From: an uncultured virus (IMG/VR IMGVR_UViG_3300010346_002895)
Lineage: Duplodnaviria; Heunggongvirae; Uroviricota; Caudoviricetes
IMG/VR virus record: IMGVR_UViG_3300010346_002895
Length of the DNA stretch: 59,169 nt
Reading direction: 5' to 3' (one strand)
The translations under genes were made by a program, and so were the position numbers. Positions within the stretch are counted from its first letter, which is position 1; every line of letters starts with the position of its first letter. This document shows positions 36,678 to 47,429 of this stretch, one piece after another. Under the pieces are notes generated by a model. It was not told where the DNA came from. It saw only the letters and a program-made list of their open reading frames with translations, and searched no databases.

Positions 36678-38570
36678 ATGGCAGTAACACTACCCAAGGC
36701 TCCGACGCCGAAAAAGAACGATCTTCGTAGCCTGACCGTACTTCTGCATGGTGGGAAAAAAATCGGGAAGTGCCTGAGTGGCGACACGCTGATCTATGAT
36801 GCGAATTCCTGCAAACCTGTAACCATACGCGAAATTGTCGAAAGCTCTACCGGCGTGATCCACACAATGAAGGAAGCCGGATGCATAGTCCCTGTTAGGC
36901 CTTCGCATTTTCTGCGAAACGAGCCGGAGCAGTTGTACAGGCTGCTGACCCAGACAGGCAGAACCATCGAAGCGACGGCACATCATCCGTTTCTTACACG
37001 GGATGGATGGAAGAAATTGCTGGAGCTGACGCCCTCGGATCGCGTAGCCGTAGTTGCGGAATATCCAGATCTCTTTGGAAACGGCGAAAAAATGGACGAC
37101 GAGCTAATCAAGATCATGGCATATCTCATCGCTGACGGCAGCTTGATGGAAGGCAAATCGCCGATCTTTACAAAAAACGATCTGGAAGTGAGGTCCGACT
37201 TCGAAGCTGCCGTGGAGTCAAAAGGAGATGAGTGCATCGAGTTCTTCAACAAAAGGGGAATCGCTCATGTGCGGATCAGGGGGAAGCAAAGGAAACCCAA
37301 CAATGTGATAAAGCACCTGAAAGAAGTGGGCCTTCATGGTTTAAGGTCCAGGGAAAAGTTCATTCCCGAATTCGTGTTCGGTCTTTGCAAAGGGAAGCTG
37401 TCGCTTTTCCTAAACCGGCTTTTCACATGCGACGGTTGCGTTGAAGCGACCGGGCGCGTCAGTTTCAGTTCAACATCGGTGAGGATGGTGCACCAGACAC
37501 AGCACTTGCTTCTTCGGTTCGGAATCGTTTCTGTTGTTAGGGAGAAGTATCTGTATGGCGGTGTCTATGGAGCTGAGCTCCTGATCGCAAGTAAAAACGA
37601 TGTTCTGCGGTTTTTAGATCAAATCGGTTTCATAGGAGAGAAAGCCTGTCGGGCTGAAGCGATCAGAAGCAATCTGTATAATGTTCGCGCCACAGGAACT
37701 CAACTTGATCGTGTTGGACACATTCTCTTCGACCGGGTCATTTCGATAACGCCCTTAGATGTCGAACCGGTTTATGACCTGACAATTCCCGAATATCACA
37801 ATTTCATTGCGAATGATTTTGTGGTGCATAACTCCAGTTTCTGCGCCGGTATGCCCAATGTTGTATTCGCGGCCACGGAACCCGGTCTCGGCCAGCTCGA
37901 GGTTCACCAAGTGCCGATTCAGTCCTGGCAGGACTTCATTGATTTCTGCAATGCGCTGGTGGAAGAGAAACACGACTTCCAGACGGTCGTGATCGACACG
38001 ATCAACAACCTGTACGCGTTCGCCTGCCGCGCCGTCTGCGAAAAACACAAGGTCGAGTATGTCGGCGATTTTAAGGCCATCGGCAAGGGGCACGTGCTTG
38101 CCAACAACCTTTTCTACGAGACATTGCTCAAGTTGGCGAACCAGCCATTGGGTCTCTGGATGATTGCGCACTCGGTGGAAAAGGAAATCGAAACACGCAC
38201 GGAGAAATACCTCAAAGCTGTTCCGCAGCTTCCAGACAAGGCTGCGGGCCAACTTCTCGGCATGGCCGATCTCATCCTCTATGCCGACCTCCACGAGGAA
38301 CGTGATGAAGACGACAAATCACATTTCAAACGCGTTCTGCGAACCAAGCCTTCCAAATATTACGAGGCTGGTGACCGGAGCGGTCTGATGCCGTCGTTCA
38401 TCGACCTTGACTACGGGAAATTCGCGGAGGTCTACACAACCGCAATCGGAGCGCCGAAGGCCTCATCGCCGCAACCCGCGTTGGGCGCGAAACAACCAGC
38501 TGCTCCGAAAACGAGTGCTGAAAAGCCATCAGAGAGCCAAAGAGCACCTGCAGCGGTGCATGGGAAGTGA
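36678..38570 (+). CDS. Phage AAA_24/Sak4-like ATPase interrupted by an intein
   Basis: Walker A GGKKIGK^S, VVIDT, IAHS; spliced product 276 aa. Confidence 0.85.
   Translation: MAVTLPKAPTPKKNDLRSLTVLLHGGKKIGKCLSGDTLIYDANSCKPVTIREIVESSTGVIHTMKEAGCIVPVRPSHFLRNEPEQLYRLLTQTGRTIEATAHHPFLTRDGWKKLLELTPSDRVAVVAEYPDLFGNGEKMDDELIKIMAYLIADGSLMEGKSPIFTKNDLEVRSDFEAAVESKGDECIEFFNKRGIAHVRIRGKQRKPNNVIKHLKEVGLHGLRSREKFIPEFVFGLCKGKLSLFLNRLFTCDGCVEATGRVSFSSTSVRMVHQTQHLLLRFGIVSVVREKYLYGGVYGAELLIASKNDVLRFLDQIGFIGEKACRAEAIRSNLYNVRATGTQLDRVGHILFDRVISITPLDVEPVYDLTIPEYHNFIANDFVVHNSSFCAGMPNVVFAATEPGLGQLEVHQVPIQSWQDFIDFCNALVEEKHDFQTVVIDTINNLYAFACRAVCEKHKVEYVGDFKAIGKGHVLANNLFYETLLKLANQPLGLWMIAHSVEKEIETRTEKYLKAVPQLPDKAAGQLLGMADLILYADLHEERDEDDKSHFKRVLRTKPSKYYEAGDRSGLMPSFIDLDYGKFAEVYTTAIGAPKASSPQPALGAKQPAAPKTSAEKPSESQRAPAAVHGK
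36771..37832 (+). mobile_element. Intein (354 aa) with a LAGLIDADG homing endonuclease
   Basis: CLSGDT start, TAHHPF block B, AYLIADGS and RLFTCDG, VYDLTI...FVVHN/S end. Confidence 0.95.
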
Positions 38571-38611
38571 TTTAAACGGTATCAAAAATCTGATGAAAAG
38601 AGGTAATAGTT

Positions 38612-39112
38612 ATGAACGACAACATGAACGAGACATGCGAACAGGGTGAGGACCAGTTCGATCTCGCGCAGTGGGATGAAGAGTTTGTCAACGCGCCCGT
38701 TGAGGAACGCGAATACGAGCCGGTGCCTGACGGGAAATACCAGGTCGTCGTGGACCGGGTCGAGCTGACGAAGTCCCAGACATCGGGTAACCCGATGCTG
38801 AAATGGAAACTCAAGGTGCTCGGACCGAAACACGAGGGCGCGATCATGTGGCGGAACAACGTCATCGGCACCAAGGGCAACGTACAGTGGCTCAAGAACG
38901 ATCTTCACGTGTGCGGGCTCGATCTTGAGAAGCTGTCGGAGCTTCCCGGCAAGTTGGGAAAGTTGCTCGACATCATGCTCGAGGTCACCAAAAAGACCAA
39001 GGGCGAGAACGAGAACATCTATCTCAATCGCCGGATCATCAACGATGCCGCCACCGATGGCGGTCAGGACATCGACAAGCAGCTTCAGGAAGAGGCCGCC
39101 AAGGTCTTCTGA
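38612..39112 (+). CDS. DUF669-like phage protein (putative SSB)
   Basis: YEPVPDGKY, SGNPMLKW; usual position after an AAA_24 gene. Confidence 0.75.
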   Translation: MNDNMNETCEQGEDQFDLAQWDEEFVNAPVEEREYEPVPDGKYQVVVDRVELTKSQTSGNPMLKWKLKVLGPKHEGAIMWRNNVIGTKGNVQWLKNDLHVCGLDLEKLSELPGKLGKLLDIMLEVTKKTKGENENIYLNRRIINDAATDGGQDIDKQLQEEAAKVF

Positions 39113-40430
39113 CCTGTATTCTCCTTTCATCGCCGGTGTGTTTGAGAAAAGCGCCGGGATAAACACAAAGCTCGATGCATCTATCGCGTTGACGCGTATT
39201 TCTGGCGACCTGAATCCTGGACAGAAGAAAGCAGTTCGCACCGCGATTGAAAACGCAACGAGCCTGGTCTCCGGCGGCGCTGGCACAGGAAAGACCTACA
39301 CGGTTTCATGCATTGTCGACATTTACCTCGACGCCGATATGACCGTGGTTCTCGCAGCGCCCACCGGCAAGGCAGCAAAACGCATGGAACAGGCCACAGG
39401 CATGTCGGCATCCACGATACATCGCCTGCTCGGATACGACGGCAATGTGTTCCAACGGGGGCCGGATAATCCCATAGACGTGGACGTTATCATTCTCGAT
39501 GAGGTTTCCATGCTGGACGTTCCACTCTGCTGGCATCTGTTCCAGGCGATTGATTTCAGCCGCACGAATCTTGTTCTGGTTGGCGACCACAACCAGTTGC
39601 CCCCTGTGGGTCCGGGCAATATTCTTCGTGATTTGATTCAGAGAAAACTCGTTCCAACGACTATTCTTTCCGAGGTCGTGCGACAGGCTGGCATCCTGAA
39701 GGAAAACAGCATCGCCATTCTTTCAGGCCGCGTTCCGCCAAACGTCGAAGGAACATCCACCCGCAAGGAATGGTATGTGATCGACAAATTCAAAGAGCCA
39801 GGCGAGATTCTCAAATTCATTCTCTATCTGTACGAGAACGTATTGCACGAGAAACTCGGGTTTGACCTTGTCCGTGACATTCAACTTCTTGCGCCCATGA
39901 AGAAAGGCGTCCTGGGCGTGGACAATCTGAATATCGAGCTGCAGCGGCTTCTTCAGAATAAGTGTTTCGGATACGACGTCGTTCCGGTGCGTCCAAACAG
40001 GCGTCCGAAACTACATCCCAACGACAAAGTCATCCAGAACCGCAACAACTACATCCTCGATGTCATGAACGGCGCTGTTGGCTACATCAAACGATACGAT
40101 TCAGACAACGGTGTTTATCACATTGAGTTCGACGATGGTGTGCGTCAGTTCGACAACGAGGCGATGAAGAATATCTCTCTCGCATACTCCTCGACCGTTC
40201 ACAAAATGCAGGGGTCTGAATGTGAATGTGTGATCGCGGTCGTTCACAAGTCGCAGTCCTTCATGCATCATCGCAACCTGTTTTATACGGCGGTCACCCG
40301 TGCCAAAAAAACGGCGATCATCATCGGCGACCGCTGGGGCATTAAAACGTGCGCCGAGCGCGCGTTCTCCGACAAAAGAAAAACATTCCTCAGTCTGGAA
40401 GGATTCGCGGGTACCATAAAAAATGAATAA
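39113..40430 (+). pseudogene. RecD2/TraA-like SF1B helicase, N-terminally truncated
   Basis: GGAGTGKT, APTGKAAKR, DEVSM, GDHNQL, TVHKMQGSE, YTAVTRAK; N-terminal domains and RBS are absent (GTG 39138 is a possible start). Confidence 0.7.
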
Positions 40431-43400
40431 CCCGAAGGAATACTATTCGTTAATCACGAATATCGATATCGGCGACGTCGCAAGGGAACTCATCGGGGAA
40501 AGAATAACGGATGAGTCCGGCGGCGTCCTTTATATTGACTGTCCCCGGCACGCCAGCATCCATCACCGCTCATTAAACATCGACATAAAAAAACAGAGCT
40601 GGTATTGCTTCGGCTGCAGTGTGGGTGGCGATGTGCTGCAGCTTGTCGAGTTCATTCAATCCGGCGTCGTAACCAAGAATGCCAGCGGCAGGATGCCCGA
40701 CACGCATCGTGCTGCGCGAGACTACCTTGCGCGGAAGGCAAACATTCCGCCTCTCTCTCAGTGGAATCTTTCACCGGAACAGATAGTCGAAGCTGAGGTG
40801 CGCCGATCCGAAGAGGAACTCGTATTCGGCATTTTGAAAGACATCGCCGAATATTATCACAAAAAATTGTGTGACAGACCCGATGTACAGGAGGCATTTA
40901 GCAGGAAGTATGGCATCTCTGACGAAACAAGAGATGCGCTTTTGATCGGGTTTTCTGATAATGACGGACTCCTGAAATTCCTGAAGGATAAATATCAGCC
41001 GTGCGAGATAGCAAAGACGGGATGCTTCAATTTTGATTATCAGGAGAATCTGCTTCCCGTCTTCAAAAACCGGTATGTATTTCCCTATTGGAAACAAGGC
41101 CGCGTTGTCTATCTCATCGCCCGGCAGTCCCCGTGGACGGAAGATTGCGAGTACGAGAGACACAAATACAAAAAGCTGCAACTTGCCAACGACCAACACA
41201 AATACATCTCTTCATGTGTAAACAATCGATACTTTTTTAACGAAGATGCTCTTCTTGCAAAATCCGAATTTGTTGTCATAACCGAGGGCGTCACAGACTG
41301 CATCTCGCTCATGGAACACGGCTTCACGTCATTCTCGCCGGTGACCAACAATTTCTCTGACTATGACCTTGAGAAGCTGTTCAATCTCACCCGGCGTTTC
41401 GACCGTATCTACATCTGCCAGGACAACGAACCCAGTGAAGCCGGATTCAAGGGTGCTATGAAAACCGCGCATTATCTGGAATCGCGCGGTCTGAAAGTTC
41501 TTGTATCGAGTCTTCCCATGGGTGAAAAACAGGCGCAGGCGCGAACCAAGCTTGAAGAATTGCCCCCGGACACACTCAAGGAAGTTGCCGATCAACTGCG
41601 GCTGGACACCAAAATTGACGTCAATGAATATTTTTTGGATCATTCGGCGGATGATTTCCTCGCGGTACTCGCAACCGCAAAAACACCGATCCATTATGCC
41701 ATCGCTTCAATACCGCCCGACATGCCGGACGATGAACGAAACAACATGCTGTATCCGGTCATGCGCCGCCTTGCCGCGCTGAAACCCATTGATCTGGATC
41801 GGTACGTCGACGTTATACAGACCCACTTCGGGAAAAAGCTCTCAAAAAAAACCATCCAGGACACCATCGCCGCCGTGCGACGTGAGGAGAAATCAAAAGA
41901 GAGAAAGAAGTTCCACAGCGACGCCCCGGAAGGAAGCTGCCGGCGGCTCATTGATCAGATGCTCTTCGACACGACTGAGGAAGAAGGTAGACCGAACTGG
42001 AACACGATATCCGAGGGCGTGTACCGATGGTTTAAAAACAACGGCGCGATTTTCTTTCACGACACAGAGCAAAACCGCTACGTCTATTTTGAAGGGAGAG
42101 TGTTCAGCATGAAACCAGACAAGAATACCAACCCGGCATATCTGTCCATGCTCTATAAGCACACGCAGATTCCGATCACGACAAGCCCGACAGGACGTGT
42201 CTTCCATGAGTGTTTCGACAGCATCGCCTACAACGATGGCGACATGAAAGACCCGCATTACTGGCTCTACACCGACCGGGCGCGCCACACAGTCTTTTTC
42301 AATCTCAACAACGCAGAGAACGAGATCGTGAAAATAACGCCGGATGGAATCTCGATCATCCACAACGGGATCAACGACGACAATCTCGTGTTCCACCACT
42401 CTCCGACCATGCGCCCGGTTGAATACCTTCCCGACGTGAACATCGACGCGGCGGAACAACTCTTCAAGAAACTCATTTTCGATAACCTTGCATGCCCGCC
42501 GGAGGAGCGTGTTCTGATTACCACGTGGATATCCTGTTTTCTGCTGCTCGATTTCGCGGGCACGAGACCGCTCCTGCGTTTCGAGGGCGCCACGCATTCC
42601 GGCAAATCCACGGCCAGCAAACTGATATCCGCGCTTGTTTTCGGCGATGAGAATCTTGAGAATCCCACCATCGCGGCCAACTACACCGAGGGCGCGAAAC
42701 AGCCTCTCATCGTGATAGATAACATCGAGCTTAAAAACGCCACGGATGAATTCGTTCAGTTCCTGCTCACCGCAGTCACCGGCATCGTGCGCACCAAACG
42801 CAGACAGGGCACGGACACCGACACCGTTCGCGAGTCTGTACGGTGTCTCATCAACACGTCCGGCATCGAGCCTCTTGCCGGGCTGTCGGAGCTTACGACC
42901 CGCACGCTTCTTGTCGATTTCGACATCGCATGCTCGACTGTTGGCTATTTTCTTGACTCCGTGACACTTCAGGGCATTATGGATGCACGCAATATCATGC
43001 TTTCCGCGATATTCAAAAAAACACAGATGATTCTCAGGCTGCTGCGAGATGGCGGGCATGCCGTGATCATGAAACTGTTCACCGATCAACTCGGTCAGCA
43101 TCCCAAACGGCGATGCAACGATTTTCTCTCTCTCATGTACCTGATGCTGCTTGTCGGCATGAATGAGGCCGACATGAAGAAGTACATGGGTGTTGTGCAC
43201 CCGGTATTCAAAACCATTCTGAGCGGCCAGCAGCGACTTTCAGAGGCGCAGGAGATCGAGGCAAACCCGTTCGTCATGTTTGTCGCGCTGATCGTTAAAG
43301 AGAGGCTGCTCGCCATTGCCGCCGATGACAATGGGCCGTCGACTGGTTTCCTTGAGAATTTTAAACGGTCTTACGGCCTATCATTTTCAGGCGACTACAC

Positions 43401-43659
43401 AATCATGGAGGCGCAGGCCCGTGACTTGTTCTCCGCGTTCAACACGTATGCACGAGCAAAAGGCATGAAGCCGCCATACATGAGCGCGGCGCAATTATCC
43501 AAGCGGCTCAGAAACGATCTTGGAACCATTGAGAAAGCTGGGTTGAGAATTGTTCAAAGCAAGAACAGAGATAAGTTTCTGCTCTTCACGATAACGGTGC
43601 CTGCATCTCTTATATCCAGTGTTGATAGAGTAAATACCAGCATTGAATTCGAAGAGTAA
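40423..43659 (+). CDS. Primase-helicase (CHC2 zinc finger, TOPRIM, C-terminal P-loop)
   Basis: CPRH...CFGC, TEGVTD, QDNE, GATHSGKST, IVIDN. Confidence 0.85.
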   Translation: MNNPKEYYSLITNIDIGDVARELIGERITDESGGVLYIDCPRHASIHHRSLNIDIKKQSWYCFGCSVGGDVLQLVEFIQSGVVTKNASGRMPDTHRAARDYLARKANIPPLSQWNLSPEQIVEAEVRRSEEELVFGILKDIAEYYHKKLCDRPDVQEAFSRKYGISDETRDALLIGFSDNDGLLKFLKDKYQPCEIAKTGCFNFDYQENLLPVFKNRYVFPYWKQGRVVYLIARQSPWTEDCEYERHKYKKLQLANDQHKYISSCVNNRYFFNEDALLAKSEFVVITEGVTDCISLMEHGFTSFSPVTNNFSDYDLEKLFNLTRRFDRIYICQDNEPSEAGFKGAMKTAHYLESRGLKVLVSSLPMGEKQAQARTKLEELPPDTLKEVADQLRLDTKIDVNEYFLDHSADDFLAVLATAKTPIHYAIASIPPDMPDDERNNMLYPVMRRLAALKPIDLDRYVDVIQTHFGKKLSKKTIQDTIAAVRREEKSKERKKFHSDAPEGSCRRLIDQMLFDTTEEEGRPNWNTISEGVYRWFKNNGAIFFHDTEQNRYVYFEGRVFSMKPDKNTNPAYLSMLYKHTQIPITTSPTGRVFHECFDSIAYNDGDMKDPHYWLYTDRARHTVFFNLNNAENEIVKITPDGISIIHNGINDDNLVFHHSPTMRPVEYLPDVNIDAAEQLFKKLIFDNLACPPEERVLITTWISCFLLLDFAGTRPLLRFEGATHSGKSTASKLISALVFGDENLENPTIAANYTEGAKQPLIVIDNIELKNATDEFVQFLLTAVTGIVRTKRRQGTDTDTVRESVRCLINTSGIEPLAGLSELTTRTLLVDFDIACSTVGYFLDSVTLQGIMDARNIMLSAIFKKTQMILRLLRDGGHAVIMKLFTDQLGQHPKRRCNDFLSLMYLMLLVGMNEADMKKYMGVVHPVFKTILSGQQRLSEAQEIEANPFVMFVALIVKERLLAIAADDNGPSTGFLENFKRSYGLSFSGDYTIMEAQARDLFSAFNTYARAKGMKPPYMSAAQLSKRLRNDLGTIEKAGLRIVQSKNRDKFLLFTITVPASLISSVDRVNTSIEFEE

Positions 43660-43669
43660 CCAGAACAGG

Positions 43670-43978
43670 TGCGGATGTTGCGGATGTTGTGCGGATGTTG
43701 AAAAAACGAACATCCGCAGGAAAAAAGAAGATGAACAAAGGAAGATTTATAAAAATGCGGATGTTGAGGATGTTGAAAAGAATTGTGTCTAATATAAGCA
43801 CTTTTTTCTTCTACAAATTGAAAGAGAGAAAAAAAGAAGATTCTTTAAGGGGGGTGGACTTTTCAGCCTCCAACATCCGCAACATCCGCAAAATGCAGAA
43901 TCGTCCTTTATTCATAGCGTTTTTTAGTGCGGATGTTGATGCGGAAGTATAAAACAGCGCGGAGGTTGTACATCCGCA
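43670..43978. repeat. Iteron cluster (TGCGGATGTTG in both orientations), putative replication origin
   Basis: Forward copies at 43670, 43679, 43690, 43756, 43928; reverse copies at 43709, 43871, 43880, 43970; degenerate copies and A-rich spacers. Confidence 0.8.
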
Positions 43979-43990
43979 AAAGGAGTCGCC

Positions 43991-44431
43991 ATGAGCTATC
44001 TCGACCTTTTTCAGAACCCAAGCCCGGAAAAACCCGCACCGGCCCCGGTCATATTTGTGGCCACGGACATGACGGTTATAAAAATCAGTGATTCCCGGTC
44101 ATCCCTTGATACCGTCACTGAAAATGCGAAGCGCTATCACCGCCTCACACCGGAATACTGGGCGTGGTTCAATCACAAATTCCATCTCATGGAGCAAGCG
44201 CTCGTGAACGGGAAAATATCGGAAGCCACATTCGTGGAAATCCTTAACCGAATCTCAGCACTCTATAACCTCGCGCTCGCGCTTCATGGCAGGGATGCCC
44301 TCAAACATGCCGAGGCCACACTGGATTTCAAAGAATATGACAGCCGCCTGAAATCCGGCACGAAATCCAGCCAGGCGTCATCTTATCGATCACCTGCAAA
44401 GGGGCCGAGCATCGTGGTGTCGAGGTCTTGA
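43991..44431 (+). CDS. Hypothetical protein
   Basis: AAGGAG RBS. Confidence 0.65.
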   Translation: MSYLDLFQNPSPEKPAPAPVIFVATDMTVIKISDSRSSLDTVTENAKRYHRLTPEYWAWFNHKFHLMEQALVNGKISEATFVEILNRISALYNLALALHGRDALKHAEATLDFKEYDSRLKSGTKSSQASSYRSPAKGPSIVVSRS

Positions 44432-44432
44432 T

Positions 44433-44699
44433 ATGAAATACAAACATGCAACCGACATCCTGCCCGCGAACCTGATCGCGCAAATCCAGAAACATTACCA
44501 CAGCGGTGCGGTGTGGATTCCAGCGCCGTCCTACCACAAGACTGATGGCCGCAAGGAACGCCAGGAACGGGACGACCTGATTGTGAAACTATACGAGAAC
44601 GATATATCCATGAAAGAGATATCAAAAGTCGCCCAGATAACGGAAGAGCGTGTCCGGCAAATCATCCAACGGGCGAAAAAACACCCAAATCAGAGTTAA
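44433..44699 (+). CDS. Small Mor/CD3324-like HTH protein
   Basis: MKYKHATDILP..LI.QIQKHY..G.VWIP; C-terminal HTH. Confidence 0.7.
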   Translation: MKYKHATDILPANLIAQIQKHYHSGAVWIPAPSYHKTDGRKERQERDDLIVKLYENDISMKEISKVAQITEERVRQIIQRAKKHPNQS

Positions 44700-44865
44700 C
44701 TAAAAATTTGGGTTGCAAAAAAGGCCGAAAACCGCTGCGTATAAGTAGGGGATAAAATTTTTTGGAGGATTGCGAGCCGGACAAAAGAGCGAAATTTCTC
44801 TATTTTGCGGTCTTCCGGCAGTTCCAGCAGCCCGCCACAGCGAAACGAGAGATCGGTAAAAAACA

Positions 44866-45651
44866 ATGACTTTCAAACCGTTGAATGAAAACGTCCAGCA
44901 GTGTACCGCGACCAGTAAAAGCACGGGTCGTCGGTGCGAGAACCCCGCCGTCAACGGTTATACCGTGTGCAGGCTCCACGGCGCTCACAAGAAGAGATCG
45001 CCGAACGATCCGCCGAGAAAGACAACCAGCGGGCGCGGATCGCGGGTGATCAAGGACTACAAAAAAAAGATCGATGAAACCGCAGCCGGACTCGGCCTTG
45101 AACCGCCCGCCGATTTGGAACACGGCTTTATGGCTTTCAAAATTCTGAACGAAGATGAGCGGGAGGATTTTCTCGCAATCGTGAAACGGCTGCACGACGA
45201 TTTCAAGATGAACAAGTCCTCGGACTTTTACGCCACGGAACTTGTCGCCCTGAGTCTGATCAAATTCCGCCGCGCCGTAAAAAACGACGACATGAAATCC
45301 ATCGAGGGTTACGACCGGATAGTTCGGATGCACCTCGCGGATTTGAAGGCCACGAAGAGTGCCCGCGAGGGTGACACAATCAACGTGAAAACCACGCCCG
45401 CGGAATGGGCGGCATCCATCCTGAAGAGAATTGAAGAGGAAGAGGCCCTGGAACAGGCCGGACCCGCCGGTGCCTTTTCTGAAGAATCGAAAAACAGCGT
45501 CGCATTTGATAAAGGCGATGATGCAAAAAAGTCCGATGAAACCAAGACCATTGACGACCAAAGCGTCGCATTTGACGAAGTAAGCGACGGTGCTGGAGAC
45601 GTCCGGGTATCCGGGACAGAGCCTCTGACATCGCCACAGAAACACACATAA
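44866..45651 (+). CDS. HGGxSTG-like zinc-finger protein, possible terminase small subunit
   Basis: CTATSKSTGRRCENPAV..VCRLHGA; located at the start of the late region. Confidence 0.6.
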   Translation: MTFKPLNENVQQCTATSKSTGRRCENPAVNGYTVCRLHGAHKKRSPNDPPRKTTSGRGSRVIKDYKKKIDETAAGLGLEPPADLEHGFMAFKILNEDEREDFLAIVKRLHDDFKMNKSSDFYATELVALSLIKFRRAVKNDDMKSIEGYDRIVRMHLADLKATKSAREGDTINVKTTPAEWAASILKRIEEEEALEQAGPAGAFSEESKNSVAFDKGDDAKKSDETKTIDDQSVAFDEVSDGAGDVRVSGTEPLTSPQKHT

Positions 45652-46185
45652 CGAGTAGTTCGGAACAGTCCGCCCCGGCCAGACGACTGCGGCGGGCATT
45701 GAACCTTGATAACCGAATCAAAGCAACCGCACCGTTTGCGCACGGTCGCGCACCGTTTCGCGCCTGTCGCGGTTTGTTGATCATCTCGAAGCATTGATCG
45801 GCATCGCGGCAAAACCGAAATTTCAAAGCGACCGACCCCCTTGAGAGGAAAACCGCGCGGGGTGGATTTCCCGCGACGGGTAGTTCTGATTCTCAGGCCA
45901 GAGAGAAAAGAGACCGGCAAACGGCCTCTTTAATTCCTGACTGTCGGCGCGGGACACGGTTCTACCCCGGTTCCAGTTTGAAATCCTCGACGGCCTCGGC
46001 GCTCTTTATCTCGCCGAGTATCTCGTTAAAGATGTCGCGGAGTTTATAGGCGACGTTGGCAGTCTTGCCGCTGACACAGGAGACGAGGATAAAGTCCGTG
46101 GTGTAGCACTTGTCGTTCATTCTTCCGCCGATGCAAACCGATTCTCCGGTGCAGCCCATACCCATGTGGGACGCCTTGAGGCTTT

Positions 46186-46400
46186 CTAAAGAATCGCCTC
46201 GCGCGACGTAGGGATGTGTTCCGAGTCATGAAGCCAGTTGAAAAAAGACTTCACCGAGGTCTTCACCTTGTTGACCGAACTCTCGGTCTTCGGGGTGCCG
46301 TTCTTTAGCTGAGTCACGACGGGAGAGACGATGAATTCGTTCAACATGTCCTGCGTAACACCGGCCACCTCTAAGCAGAGGAAGCGGTCCGCGAGGAACG
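46186..46400 (-). pseudogene. Fragment of a tyrosine-recombinase core-binding (SAM-like) domain
   Basis: VTQDMLNEF...KTESSVNKVKTSVKSFFNWL; no start codon, early stop. Confidence 0.55.
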
Positions 46401-47278
46401 GAATCGATGAAAGATGGCCTCTGGTGCAGTCACTTCTCGACAGCAAGCCGTCTGAAAAACACTGTGAAATCGAGACGGACGAGAACGACGTTGTTACGGT
46501 GAACTTCGGCGACAACCAAAATGGAAAAATACCCGCGCCGGGCTCAAACAACATTCGTGCCGTTTATCGTGTCGGCGGGGGTGCTCGCGGCAATGTCGGC
46601 GCGAACAAGATAAACAGAATGATCTCGAACATCTCAGAAGTGTCGTCCGTAACGAATCCGCTTCCTGCGGTCGGCGGTGTGGATAGAGAGACGGTTGAAG
46701 GAATCAAGCGAATGGCACCGAGGATGCTCCGCACGCTCTGGCGCGCTGTGACCGCCGAAGATTACAAGACGCTGGCGGAAGTCCTGCCGGGAGTTGCTAG
46801 AGCCACGGTCTTGTGCGCACCGCCCGGGCAGGCGGCGTACTGGGGACAGGTGAATCTTTATATCGCCCCCGAAGGCGGTGGACTGCCGACGCCGGAATTG
46901 AAACAGATGGTAGAGGCATACTTCGCTGACAGAGAAATGCTTACGGCGACGACGGTTGTGTTTGATCCGGTCTACGTGCCTGTGAACGTCTCTCTTGAAG
47001 TGGCGGTGAAAGAGAATTACATGCGGCTCGATATTGAAAACCTCGTGCAGGCAGCCATGCAAAACTTCTTTAATTTCCCCAACGTGGACTTCGGGCAATG
47101 TGTGTTTATGAGTGATCTCGTTTCATCCGTGGATGCCATCGAGGGTGTGCGGTATGTGAATCTGACACTTCTTACCCGCGACGAGGCCGGAGTTAGCAAT
47201 GTGATAATTGCGGCGAATGAAGTGCCGCAGCTCGGCATACTGGCAATTGATTCTTTTGGAGGCATTGAAGAGTTGTAA
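46400..47278 (+). pseudogene. C-terminal part of a baseplate J/gp6/Afp11-like protein
   Basis: FGDNQNGKIP, YRVGGGARGNV, NPLPAVGGVDRE, RAVTAEDY; 5' end abuts the integrase fragment. Confidence 0.8.
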
Positions 47279-47345
47279 GCAGATAAATAAAGCCCGGCAG
47301 TATTGACACTTCGAGCCCGGTAACCAGCCCGGTAGCATCGAATCC

Positions 47346-47402
47346 AAGCCCGGTGATTGAACGGAACAAATCGTTCCGTTGAATTGCCGGGCTTTTTATT
47401 TT
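47346..47402 (+). terminator. Long hairpin with U-tract, preceded by AGCCCGG repeats
   Basis: AAGCCCGG...AACGGAAC-aaatc-GTTCCGTT...CCGGGCTT followed by TTTATTTT. Confidence 0.65.
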
Positions 47403-47429
47403 GCCCGCAGAAATCGGAGGTGAAACGCA

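Noticed and set aside
38925..39112. N-terminal extension of the helicase ORF
   Set aside because: Out-of-frame overlap with the DUF669-like gene and low-complexity translation
43670..43978. CRISPR array, and the coding ORFs 43610-43801 and 43689-43952
   Set aside because: Repeats are 11 bp, irregularly spaced and in both orientations; the ORFs are translations of the repeats
45780..45792. 13-bp match ATCATCTCGAAGC with about 59076-59088 as a target duplication
   Set aside because: Matches of this length are expected by chance in 59 kb
45962..46165. 67-aa minus-strand ORF
   Set aside because: No clear RBS or motif; lies in a rearranged scar region
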